From: Azolla caroliniana
Taxonomy: Eukaryota; Plantae; Polypodiophyta
Reading direction: 5' to 3'
NCBI GenBank assembly: GCA_043228905.1
Contig: JBHGNT010000022.1
Coordinates: 1,116,001-1,180,000 of the forward strand
Length of the DNA stretch: 64,000 nt
Shown: positions 40,601 through 51,988 of the stretch, one piece after another
How the letters are laid out: every line of letters begins with the position of its first letter
Position numbering within the stretch: the stretch's first letter is position 1
Position numbers and translations under genes: made by a program
Notes under the pieces: generated by a model
The model's input: the letters and a program-made list of their open reading frames with translations, nothing else
Database searches by the model: none
Told to the model about the DNA's origin: nothing

Positions 40601-41680
40601 GATTTGTGTCAACGACTGGGCCAACCCACGGAGCAGGCCCGGATGCCACACCACCCGGTCTTGCCATTGGAACCGTTTCAAAAGTGGGGTTTGAACTTTG
40701 TCGGTCCCTTCAAGCCACCGGCAATGCGAACCGGAAATTGGTATGTCATAGTGGCGACCGACTATTGCACCAAATGGGTAGAAGCGAAGGCTTTACGGGA
40801 CAACACGGCCGCGTCCACGGCAAAGTTCCTATATGAGTGCATATGGTGCCGGTATGGATGCCCGATCAAGCTTATAAGTGACCAAGGAGGACACTTTCTC
40901 GGGCAGGTAGTAGAAAGCCTGACGTCATTTTACGTGGTGGTACATAAAAGGAGCACTCCCTACTACCCTCAAGCCAATGGACTAACGGAATCGACGAACA
41001 AAACTCTGTAGAACATCCTACGAAAAATCGTCAACGAGAACCGGACCGACTGGGATACGAAATTGCAGAGCGCGCTATGGGCGTACCGAACAACGTACAA
41101 AACCAGCATCCGGACAACCCCGTTCTGACTAGCATTCGGTTTAGAAGCGGTCATGCCGGTAGAGTTCCAAATCCCCAGCTTACGGATCCAGGTAAAGGAG
41201 CGCTTAAGTGAGAAGGAGTCCGAACGAATCCGGCTGGCGACGTTGTTGGAATTAGAAGAAAACCGAATAGCCAGCTTACTACAACTCGAACTGGAGCAAA
41301 GGAGGAGAAAAGCTTTCGTGGACCGACACCGGCGTGGCAACGAAAAGGAGTTCGAAGTTGGGAAACCGGTGCTACTGTTCCAGACACGGATGGGGAACAT
41401 GCCGGGAAAGTTGCGGTTTCGGTGGACCGGACCGTTCTGGATCACCAAGGAGTACAATGGGTCGTATCAGCTCGGCACGTTGTCTGGAGAAGTCATCGGT
41501 AAGTGGGCAAATGGGTTTCGGCTAAAGCCGTATAAGGGAAATATGCCAGCCAACCCGTTCAAGCAAAACCCGGAAATCCGGCACGATGAGGAACCGACAC
41601 CGACAGACGCTGCTGCAGATATCCGGACCGAGGAAGAACCGACACCGATACTGACAAAGACTATCCCGGAAAACCGATAG
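37640..41680 (+). pseudogene. pol of the outer gypsy (PR-RT-RH-INT)
   Basis: IIDRGSGVNV protease, RVCVDYRKLN..LDGFSGYNQI..VFLDDF RT, VFVDAS..NYSTTEREALG RNase H, AHCGIAGGH..CDLCQ integrase zinc finger, YYPQANG, WTGPF. Stops at 41009 and ~41126. No chromodomain visible. Confidence 0.93.
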
Positions 41681-42146
41681 AAGGATCCGGTATCAGCGCG
41701 AACCAACCCGAACAAATCAGGGGGGACCAGAAAATGACGTGGTCCAAACAAACAGAAAAAAAAAAAAAAAAAAAAATCATAGTAATGATGGGGAGATCAC
41801 AAGAGGTGGGAGTGCCACCATGCAACGAAGAGGCGCCATGCAGTAAAGGAGGACGTGCGCGTACTTGCTATTTAAAGCATGGAACGTGGGCACCGACATA
41901 CGAGGTATTACTCACATGCGGCAAGCAAGAAAGGACATACTAATTATGGCGGGAGATAGACATGCGCGGGAAACGAAAAAGGGCGGCTTGAAGCAAAAGC
42001 CACTATATAAGACACAGGCCTGCGAAGGACTTACTTTTTACGAATTTTCCTACACACAGGCGCAGAAGCACAGAAGAGCGATCCGACGCACAGCGCACAC
42101 ACATCCCGATCCCGAATAATAGACAGCAGAAGAAGAATTCGAACCA

Positions 42147-45067
42147 ATGGCACTGTCGGAGGAGGCACGCCAATGGATGATGGAGAACGGGTTAGAAGGA
42201 TTGATGCGGATCGCCGACGCTCCACCACACGCAGAACCAGAGCAGGTGGCAGCATCGATTGATTTATCAGAAATCACGGAAGGAGCGGTGCAAGCGCTCA
42301 CGGGGATAAAAGCAGGAGGACTTCAAACGATCGAAAACCCTTCAAGTGAAATCCTGTTCGAATATTTTGGTGAGTATTCCATCAGCAGCAAGGCGTACCG
42401 AACACAGGGCGGAGAGAACCTGCTGTTCGGAGAAGTGGCCCGCGCCATGATGGAATACGGATTCGTGAATTCTCGTCCCCTGGCCATAGCCAGGTACCGG
42501 GCAGCGTTCTTAATTGCACCGTACAAAGGATTACAAGTGGACTGGCTCCATTTCATAACCGAAGGATTGAAGGAGGCCATCAAGAACCTTGTGGAAGGAA
42601 AAAAGCCATGGGCCGGGATAGCACAATGGCTAACGGTGTTAGTCCCACCGGTGCTCCCCATCAAACAAAAGAAAAGAGGTCGGCAGGAGACGACGCCGAA
42701 AAAGGTCACAAAGCGCCGACATATCCTGGAGAAACACACCCCCGGATGGACCCAGGAAGAAGCAGAACAGCGGGAGGAAGGACCATCCCGACAGCAACAG
42801 GAACCGGCAACAAAGGCAAAACCGGCAGGAAAAGGAAAAGGAAAATCGGCCGAGGAGGAACCGGTAGCGCTCAAACCAATCAATATAATGCTGCGACGGC
42901 CGGAACTGGAACCAGAGGTCTTTATACAAAAGGTCCGTCTGGTAGCCGCACCGGAGGAGGAAGCTGAAGCAGAAGACTCATCTGAACCACTGGTAAGACT
43001 CCCAGCAAGACAAGGTCGGGAGAGACGGGCGAGAGGACTAGCTCCACCAGTTGACAAAGCTCAGCAGAGGGCGCAAGGACCACCTCCAGTAGCCGGGGCG
43101 GAAGCAGTACCGGAACCCGTACCGAGGGAAGCAGCACCGACACCGGTTTTGCCGGACTTCAGAGAACCGGTCATTCCAGAGAAGAGGAATGAACAAGTGC
43201 CGGAGCCAGAGAAAAAGCCGGAAAAACAGCCTGAGTTAAGGAGTAGAAGTGAGCAATTCTACCCCGACACAGGAAGCACAAAGCCACAATGGCTGAGATG
43301 GCTTTCGGAGCAGGTATCGGGAATAGCGGACCAGTTAGAGGAAGAAGAAACGTGTAGGCAACACCTGACGCATACAACAACCCAGGAGTTGGTCGCGCTC
43401 CGAACACAGATCCAGGAATTGCAAGGGGAGTTGTTGCAGGCAAGGGAAGGAATTCAACAAGCACAAGTTGTCACCGAGCCGGTCGGGACAACAAGGAAGC
43501 AACCAGAACCAGAACCAGAACCGGTAGCCTTGCAAACCGGCCCTGAGACCGAAAAAATAATAGAAACCTTGCGAGAGGAGTTAAAAGCTCAGGAGGCATT
43601 AAGGGAAAAAGAAAGGGAGCAGCGGAAAGCGGTGGAGGACGACAGACGGAAAATGGAAGAAGGCCTCCGGAAAGGCCGAGCCACTAATGACCGACTGTAA
43701 GAAGAAAAAGAGAAGCTGCAAAAGGAGAAGGACCGACTGCGTCGACAGGCCGAGCAGGAGATAGAACGACTGCAAGAAGAACTCCGACAACAAAAGGACC
43801 GGGACGACCGGTTAAGAGCTCAGGTAAACCGACGCCTAAAGCAGAAGACGGAGGACTTCGACCGACTCTACTGAGATCACAAGCAGGCCGAGTCGGACAA
43901 CAAGAAACGGGCAGCAGACTACGACCGGCAAATAGAGAAGCTGAAAGAACAGCTCAAAGAGACCCGATTAGACCTGGCTAAGACAATGGACGAGGTCAGT
44001 GCCAAAAAGGAAGCATTGTCGGCGGAAATAACCCAAGCGACGGAGAGAAGGAAGGAATTAGAGGCGCTAAGGCGGGAAAAGCTGGATCTGACCAAGATCA
44101 GGAATGAAGAAAAGGAAAGATCGACCTTCACGATCAACAAACTGCAAAGTACCTATGAAAAGCAGAAAGCGGATTACGAAGCCCAGGCTCAGATAATGGC
44201 CGACATTATAAAACAGGCAAGGAAGGAAAAGCAAGAAGCTTATGCGCATGCTAAAGCGGGGGTTGACCGGATCAAGCTCATCATGTCAGGTTGGAGTACC
44301 CGAGCTCAGGCAAGCATCAACGAAAGTACGGAAAAGCTATGGAAGGAGTGGTCACAACAGGCAGCCGAGCTGCAGACACTCCGAGCTGATGCCGAGAATC
44401 GGAGGAAGACCGGTGACAAGTTCTACAAGATGGATGAAGAAAGTATCGTCGCCATTCGGGAAGAATTGTCGGAGGATTTCTACGCTTTAGCGGACGAACA
44501 TCTCAAAGAAATCCGAGGGTTGGTAGAGAGGTTGGATGACAGGCAGCTCGCAACTCAGTTGGAGTTGGAGAAATATGAGCAGGACCGGTTACGACAGGAA
44601 GCCAAGGGAAGAACGACGCCAATCACTATAAGTGAGGGAGAGTGACCGGCTGAAGCTGAACCAACCGACACCGAACAACCCCGACAAGGAATACCCGAAG
44701 AAGAACTTCCGTTCCAAGAAAATCAAGAAGAGCAGGTGCAGACCGATGCCGGAGAAGAAGAAGAGTTGAGACCGGAGGACACCGGAGCAGAGGAAGAAGG
44801 CGCACCGAACCGACCAATCAAGACCGGAGAAAACGACACTGGTAACAGAACAGAGCCTGGAACGGAGGGAGAACAGGAAGAACCGGACGGAGTGGTGAGG
44901 AAGCACCGGCACCACAGAATCAAGCACAACCAGAGCAGCAAATTTTTACGGAACAGCCAACCCAACCGGAGGTCGGAGACCAGGCAGGCAAGGAACAGGA
45001 ATTGGAGGAAGAAGCACCACTTGATACCTTCGAGCAGAGTGTGCTCGATATTTTGGAGGAAGAATGA
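42147..45067 (+). pseudogene. Extra 3' ORF (~970 aa reconstructed): N-terminal globular region, Pro/Glu-rich linker, long coiled coil, acidic tail
   Basis: ORFs 42147-43700 and 43986-44645 plus downstream sequence are co-framed across TAA/TGA codons consistent with C->T changes. One frameshift near 44900; ends ..VLDILEEE* at 45067. Confidence 0.75.
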
Positions 45068-45075
45068 GGCCGGGA

Positions 45076-45115
45076 GTGGATTCGAAGTGCAAGGCACTTT
45101 CCCACGGGCGTGCCA
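45076..45115 (-). promoter_or_regulatory. Inverted PBS / tRNA-like 3' end occupying the PPT position
   Basis: GTGGATTCGAAGTGCAAGGCACTTTCCCACGGGCGTGCCA lies 2 nt before the 3' LTR. No purine tract abuts the LTR. Confidence 0.8.
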
Positions 45116-45117
45116 TG

Positions 45118-45507
45118 TGTTGACCGGTCAGAAGAGCAAGGACAAGTGGGAAGGCGGAGTCGGATCGGATAATAGGAAGTAAATAATAGTATAATTATTA
45201 TTCGGAGGGACAGATCCGGTACAGTTGTACCGATCCGGATCCGGACCGATTCGGATGTCGGTTGCCTAAGCGCACCGATTGTAACCTTGCCGGATGCCTA
45301 TAAAAGGATCCGATGATTTGTAAAGGCTTGACGGAAGTAATACAAAAGTAATTATTGCGTGTTTATCTGTATCTTTGTATTGTTTTACCGTCTGTGCTTA
45401 ATTGTAATCATCTTACGCGTGTAACCTAGCATCCAATCCTTACCACCCCTTTGGAGAAGTGTCGGATAGACACCTGTGTTGAGGCTAGTCCGGCCAGGCA
45501 GACAACA
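45118..45507 (+). repeat. 3' LTR
   Basis: Repeat of 32387-32776. Confidence 0.95.
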
Positions 45508-47863
45508 GTGTGATAGTATCATCTTCATCATCATAATGCTTCAATCTAATCACATGTCAAGTCACTTCCATATATTTCAAAGCATGGTTGCCCCTAGTTT
45601 GGAGAATGTCCAACAAGTCTTGTGAAATTTCGCTGACTTATTCAAGGTTCACTATATGTAGTCCTTGTAGCCTCCTTCCATACTAGACGTTTTAGTCTTT
45701 AGTACATGGAGCTCATTTGTCATTATTATTACAAAATGAAAGATTAATTTTTTACTTGAAGATGGTTTAGTTGTGTAGGGGCAAATGTTTGAATCTCCAA
45801 TGTGTGGTACAAACATTAGATATTGAATATGTATAATACATCTACATTGAACCCTTGTAAAGTCTATTGAAAGATCAATTGGCACAAAATTTGGATGGTT
45901 TAACATTGGTACCTTGCATGCATTCTATCTAGCAGTATATGTGGTAGAATGTGAATTACATGCATAGAGGCTTCTCAAAGGTATATGTAGATTGTCAAGC
46001 CAATTTGAAGGGGGAGAAAAAAGGAAAATGATTAACAAGTTCAAAAAGAGTTAGAAATCTACTATTGTAAGTTAGAAATCTACTATTGTAATTTATATTT
46101 GAGGTTTTAAATATTTAGGGTTATGGTTTCACTACCCTATATTGGACAAGTGGATTTTTTGAAACTACCTACCTATCCGTTTCTTGCATTCTATTTAGCT
46201 ATTTGATCTTTCTTTTCACTCCCACTTCCCGTCAATCTATCTATTTCATTTTCTTTCTTGCTCTTTGTCTCTTCATGTTCATAACTCCAACGGTTCCAAC
46301 ATACCAACCAAGAACTTTAAGACAAGATTTTCCAACATGTCATTGGTTCTTATGGGGTTGTCCTAATTCCTAGGATAACTTGTTTCCCACTTATCCCACC
46401 CTTAAACCATTAGAAGTACAACTATAGAATTGTTCCTTAAGATATGTGTATAACCATCGTGGACCACCCGATGATATGTTCACATGTTGTTGATTTCTTT
46501 GACAACAACTTTGAATGTCATCTTATATTCAGGCTCCCCTTGAGGTGCACAATCATGTCTTCATATTGTTGGGACAAAATACTCTTAAATCTAACTTTCT
46601 TGGTCTTGATTTGTCATTGCAAGTTATAACTATAACCTTAAGGGCCAATTCTCTAGTTAATTTTAATGTGTTAAGGGTAAGACCGTTGAAAACTAGTGAT
46701 CGCAAGATTTGGGACCTTTGACATGTCTAAATACATGATGGTTGAGGAGCCTCTTCGGTGTAGACTATATAAAGGGGATAAGCTACCCCTTCATCGCAAC
46801 ATCTTTAGATGATGTCTAGAGTCCATTGGTGAGGCCAAACTATCTTCCTCAAATTCGTTATTCAACTACCATTGTATCACATAAGTTAATTATATTCGGT
46901 GGAATAGGACACTGATGGTAATTTATGTTTGTCTCACATCTTTTGTGTGGGAGCGGTTGTGTGGTTAAGCACCTTTAATCCATCTTTTTCCATAATCTTT
47001 TACTATTTTGCTCATTACTAGTATATGATCAATAATAGTTTGGGACATGACCTCTTGCCATAATAAAAATATAAGGTGAGGCATATATGGTCCAAAGCCC
47101 ATTATTTGCATTAACTCTCAAAAAAAGGGCTACTTCACATGATTACAAGATTTCTCCAAATCTAACTACACCATAATCAGTTCCTAATGTGTGTTTTGGG
47201 TATAATCCATGGTCCTTTAACATTAAGCAAATCATGCAATATTTTTCTACATGCAAAGAAACTGTATTGGGAAATACCTTTGTAATCTATTCTCAAAGGC
47301 TTTGTAAATACGTTATACAACTCTTCTTATCAAAGGAATAGTTTGCTCATGAGTCACGACCATTCATGATTAAACATTGTGATGGACATTGTGATGCATC
47401 GACACACATAATAAAATCACCCATAAATAATCTTGGGCATCTCAGAAATAGAGTTTGAAGAAGTGAGTCTCACGATGTAATATGTTGAGTAGCATGGTTA
47501 AAGGCATAAATCCCCACCAACCATACTCTCAGCACCAAAATGAGTAAATTCTACAACCAAAAAGTGATAGTAAGGATGATTAAATTTCATAAGTTTGAGG
47601 ATAATACTTATCCCACAAAATTAAAACTACACCTCAATATTGAATACTACAATATCATGAATAGAATGAGGAATATCTACATGTATGGATTGTTAATCTT
47701 GCTAACTCACAACAATTATGCTTAACAATGCACAATATCTATTTAACATGCCCCTCTCATATTCCATATTACAATTCAACGATATAATGGGTGACATTGC
47801 TCCTTTAGAGAAGCTAACGCCATAAACTAGTCAAAGCATGTTACAAAGTTGCATGTGAGTTTT

Positions 47864-48569
47864 TGTTATGAAATGATGTCCCTCCTTATGTGAGAAGAGC
47901 TAATTCGGCTAAGAGTCGGTTATGTGTCAGCCAAGTACAAAGGTTCGATATGTGCCGGCTAGGTAAAATGTGAGTCGATTAAGGATGAGAGCCAGCTAAC
48001 GGCTTAGAGCTGATTCAGCTAGGGACAAGTATGTATGTATGTATGTATGTATGTATGTATGTATGTATGTATGTATGTATGTATGTATGTATACATAACC
48101 CCTAGATTATGTGTGTGTGTTGTTCATAGTGAAGTATATACATACAGAATAGAACATAATAGTGAACGGTGAACAGAAGAAAAGCGTGAGCGAACGGTGC
48201 AGTACTTGGACGAGCTCACGAGTGGATTGAAGCTCAAGTCCGATCATTCTAGATCGACAACTTTGTTGTAACCAGGTTTCGTCGTTCCTTGTTTTCTGTT
48301 GTTTCACTGAGTATTGTCGTCTACAAGAGAGACGAAGATTTTATCAAGGTCGTGGGTTTGAGTGTTGTATACACCTTGATAGTGAAACTGTTTAGGAGTC
48401 GGTGGGCTCTTGTGGTTTTTCTCGATTAGGGTTTTCCACGTAAAATATCTTGTGTCTCTGTGTTGCATTTCACATTTCTGTTTTGTGTGCTTTGTCGGTT
48501 GAATCTTAATCCTGAGTAGCTAGTAGTAGGCTAACTAGTCAGCCAATTATAGATCCCATATTCACATAA
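47864..48569 (+). repeat. Probable copia-type solo LTR containing a (GTAT)n microsatellite
   Basis: TATATATA near 48135 and motif GTGGTTTTTCTCGATTAGGGTTTTCCACGTAAA. Possible TSD GTTTT. Ends are approximate. Confidence 0.45.
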
Positions 48570-50639
48570 GTTTTTATGCACCATATCCCTAGGTCCATGT
48601 ACGGAAAACTTCTGTTTTAATAGGTCCTACAACCTTATACAAGCTTAAGGGTTGGATTTACAACTTGACTTTATAAATCTAATTGAAGTTGAAGGATTAT
48701 CCTTGATCTCTAAATTTTCATTGCCAAAGAGGTTGTGAAGACTTCTCCCTTGTTTCTGAACTATTAAGTCATGTTGTATCATAAGTAAGAATGGGCAAAC
48801 CACAATAGTGCATATCACCCATTTCCCCTTCGGCTTATCTTTAACAAGTTGCCAATATTTATCAACCATGACATTATTATTAAGCTTATCAACCATGACG
48901 AATGAAGCCCCCAATGAGGACAATTAGCCAAACCCAAGGCCCCAATGCCAGTTCACATTTCGTCCTTAAGGGTTGTCCCAATCCCGAAGATTATAAGTAA
49001 TCCTCCCTTCTTTACACTCTTAATTAACCTTCACACCCTATCCTTGTGTGTCAAAAACTATATGATATAAACTACCACATGATAAGTTATGCTTATGCCG
49101 ATAACAATAAGCTTTGGACTTTGGTTTAGCAAATTAAGTGATTGATTTCCTTCATCCTTACGTCCAAAACTCAATGTGGTGGGGCATTTTTGTCATATGC
49201 TCTAAACAATGTTCCTTCATTGATTACTACTATAATATCGAACATTCCAACATCTCTCCCAATCCCTTCCTTACCAACCCCTTGATTAGGGATCTCCGTA
49301 GATGGGGAATGATATTGGCATTCCGCGATATTCACCACATCTAAAGTAATGACATGCAAATGTCTTCCACTTCGATATAAAACAAAGTCATTTCATAATA
49401 GGTGTATTCAAGCACAACCATCCTAGTCTCTTATGACTTGTATCTTATTGAACAAAATCTACACTTGTTTGATGTATTCACATATGGGGATACCAACACT
49501 ATATCCATTTGGCTAATCTCCTTTATATAGTCCACCCAAGCCGTCCACACCACCACATGGTCCCATGTGTGATAGGTCCATATGGGTTTGTCCCAATTCC
49601 TAATATAATTGGGTCTTAAACCATGAAAATTAACTATAGAATTTGTCCTTAAGGTTATGAATATAACATGGTGTTTGGTCCCATGTGTCATAGGTCATTA
49701 TAGGTTTGTGTCAATTCCTAGCATAAACCATTAAATTAACTATGGCATTTGTTCTTAAGGTTATGCCTATAACATGGTGTTTCAAAACCTATAGAGATAT
49801 AACACATCACACGAAGACATGTGAAAGTTGCTAACCATTCTCCAATGTGTAACATAGAGATAGGCTCGACAATGTCCTCTCTAATAGTGTATTCGAAATA
49901 GATGGTTGACACATATTGGTGATGCCTATAAATTTATGGCTGATAAAATACTTAGTGCTAACTTGGGAGGTCCTCACAAATCAAGTTGGCAGTTTTCATT
50001 GTCTTTTTTGTCTTCCCAACCATGAGCAATGTACAATAAATCATACATTCATTAATAACTTCAGTAATTGTTGAGTGCTTGAGCTTCTTCATTGAGATTA
50101 AGTGCTCAAAAGTAAATCCAATATCCTATATCCAATTTGTGCCTCAATTATATCACTCTAGAACAACTACAAGTGGCAAAATCACAAAACCCCTACTACC
50201 CTTGCTAGAATGATTTATGCAAGCGTTTAACGAACAACAAACAATTGAGAGACTCATACTATTCAAATTGCCCCCCTTAAAGCACTCCAGTACTCAATTA
50301 CTTAATAGGACACCCATCAGCAATATGAATACTTCCCTAGAGAATATTTGATCCACTCTAGTGTATTATTCTCAGTAGGAGACAAAGTCATCAAACACAT
50401 CTCATGAACACTAAACCATCTCACTCACAAGCACAATTGAGTGGAACCCATACTACCAATGGTACTAAATGAAAGGTTTGATGATGCCTTCGAAAATGTG
50501 ATTATGACTTCAAAAACACGTGAAAATGCACAAGAAATGTGGAAGATCATCAAGAGATCTTATATACATACATACATACACACACACACATACATGTATA
50601 TATATGTACCAGAGTTCTCTTGTTTTCTTGTAGTTCATA

Positions 50640-50675
<36 letters not shown>

Positions 50676-51988
50676 TGTATGAATATGATTGTTTCCTTGC
50701 ACACCTGGATCCACAACCCTTATGATAAGTAACAAGTAAACATTACATTGTGCATCTCCAATAAGTTTAACATCTGTCCACGACCATCATCAAACCCATC
50801 TACCCATGAAAACATTAAATACTTTCACAAACCCATCAATCAAGACGACACTACATGAAAAAACCATCTTTTTTCTTCAAAATCAAGGAGTCATTGTGTC
50901 TCTAAAACTCCCTAACAATTGTATTAATTGTAAATTATAAACAGAAGATTACATTGTTGAGCACCATGCAAAACAAAACAAAACTCTCAACACATTATTA
51001 AGAAGATTGCAAGAATTCAATACGCCGATTGATAATACCAGACATTGTTAATTGATTATCAAGCTTTGCCCAAATACTTGTGCATGTGGCCTACAGTTCA
51101 ACAAATAGAACTGTCACTTTCACTGGCATAAACTCTTGGTAAAGCTTGTGCTTCGAAGGCTAAGTAGCTAAAAGAAAACTTCATGTTCTTGCTACGAGAT
51201 TAACAATTCCTTACAACCATGGAATTGGAAACTATCCCATAACAGACGTCTTCAATGTACATCGCTCTTCAGTTTACAAACACTGTGTAAGGCTTTCAAA
51301 ACTCGTCCCTCTCATCAATTTTGCAAGTGCTATTGTCATGTATCAAAGGCTCCAATTTGACCAAGATTATTTTCAAAGTTCAAATAGTTCTCGGATATTA
51401 ACACCACTGAATATGCAACACAATAATCAAGCCCTTAACAGAGATGCCTACAGGAAAAACCAAAAGATAATTTATTTTTATCTCGAGTCTACAATGCACA
51501 ACGCATTCATAAGCCCAATAAACTACAGTTGGGCTTTGTTGAAAAACTTACAACTGTAGGAGCACACATTTCAGATGATATATAGATAAGCAATAACAAT
51601 CCTCCTGTGAAACATAAGATTTATTTACATAGATAGCACGGAAATCACTCATTCCCTCATGAAAAACAGTGGATTTAAGACACCAAATCCTGCATATTTC
51701 ATTGATTTTGACACAAATAAATTTTAATGTGAATTGTGACTTCATTAGTAAAACCCAACCAAAAGACTACAATTTGAATTATTAGGCTGTATTGATGATT
51801 CTCCATTTTATAAGAAGAATCAGGGGAGAAAATAGTTAACACTCATTGGATAAAAGAAAAGTCACCGTGTAGCAGCAACAGTGGAACATCCCAGCATTTG
51901 ATATCTACGAGAGATTATTGTTTCCAATCGCATGAAGTATATCGTCAAGTGGAATTAACAACGAAAGGTCCTTAAACAAAAGGGACCT

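Larger units (their letters stand above)
32387..45507 (+). mobile_element. Full-length Ty3/gypsy non-chromovirus element with extra 3' ORF and two opposed PBSs (TSD GTGTG)
   Basis: 390-bp LTRs 32387-32776 and 45118-45507 (about 5 differences by eye), TSD GTGTG at 32382-32386 and 45508-45512, TATAAAA in the LTR on the + strand, gag-PR-RT-RH-INT plus extra ORF. Confidence 0.96.

Noticed and set aside
45056-45080. Purine-rich GAGGAAGAATGAGGCCGGGAG as the missing PPT
   Set aside because: It is interrupted, ends about 38 nt from the LTR, is explained by the EEE* codons, and has no counterpart in the nested element.
45076-45115. A real tRNA gene (TTCGA..CCA)
   Set aside because: Only a T-arm and 3' acceptor-like half is present, with no D-arm, anticodon arm or 5' acceptor strand. 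Plant nuclear tRNA genes generally do not encode CCA.
34028-45115. The inverted 29-bp match as TIRs of a DNA transposon or an inversion breakpoint
   Set aside because: Each copy is tied to its own LTR and TSD-bounded element, gag-pol is collinear, and no transposase or flanking TSD is present.
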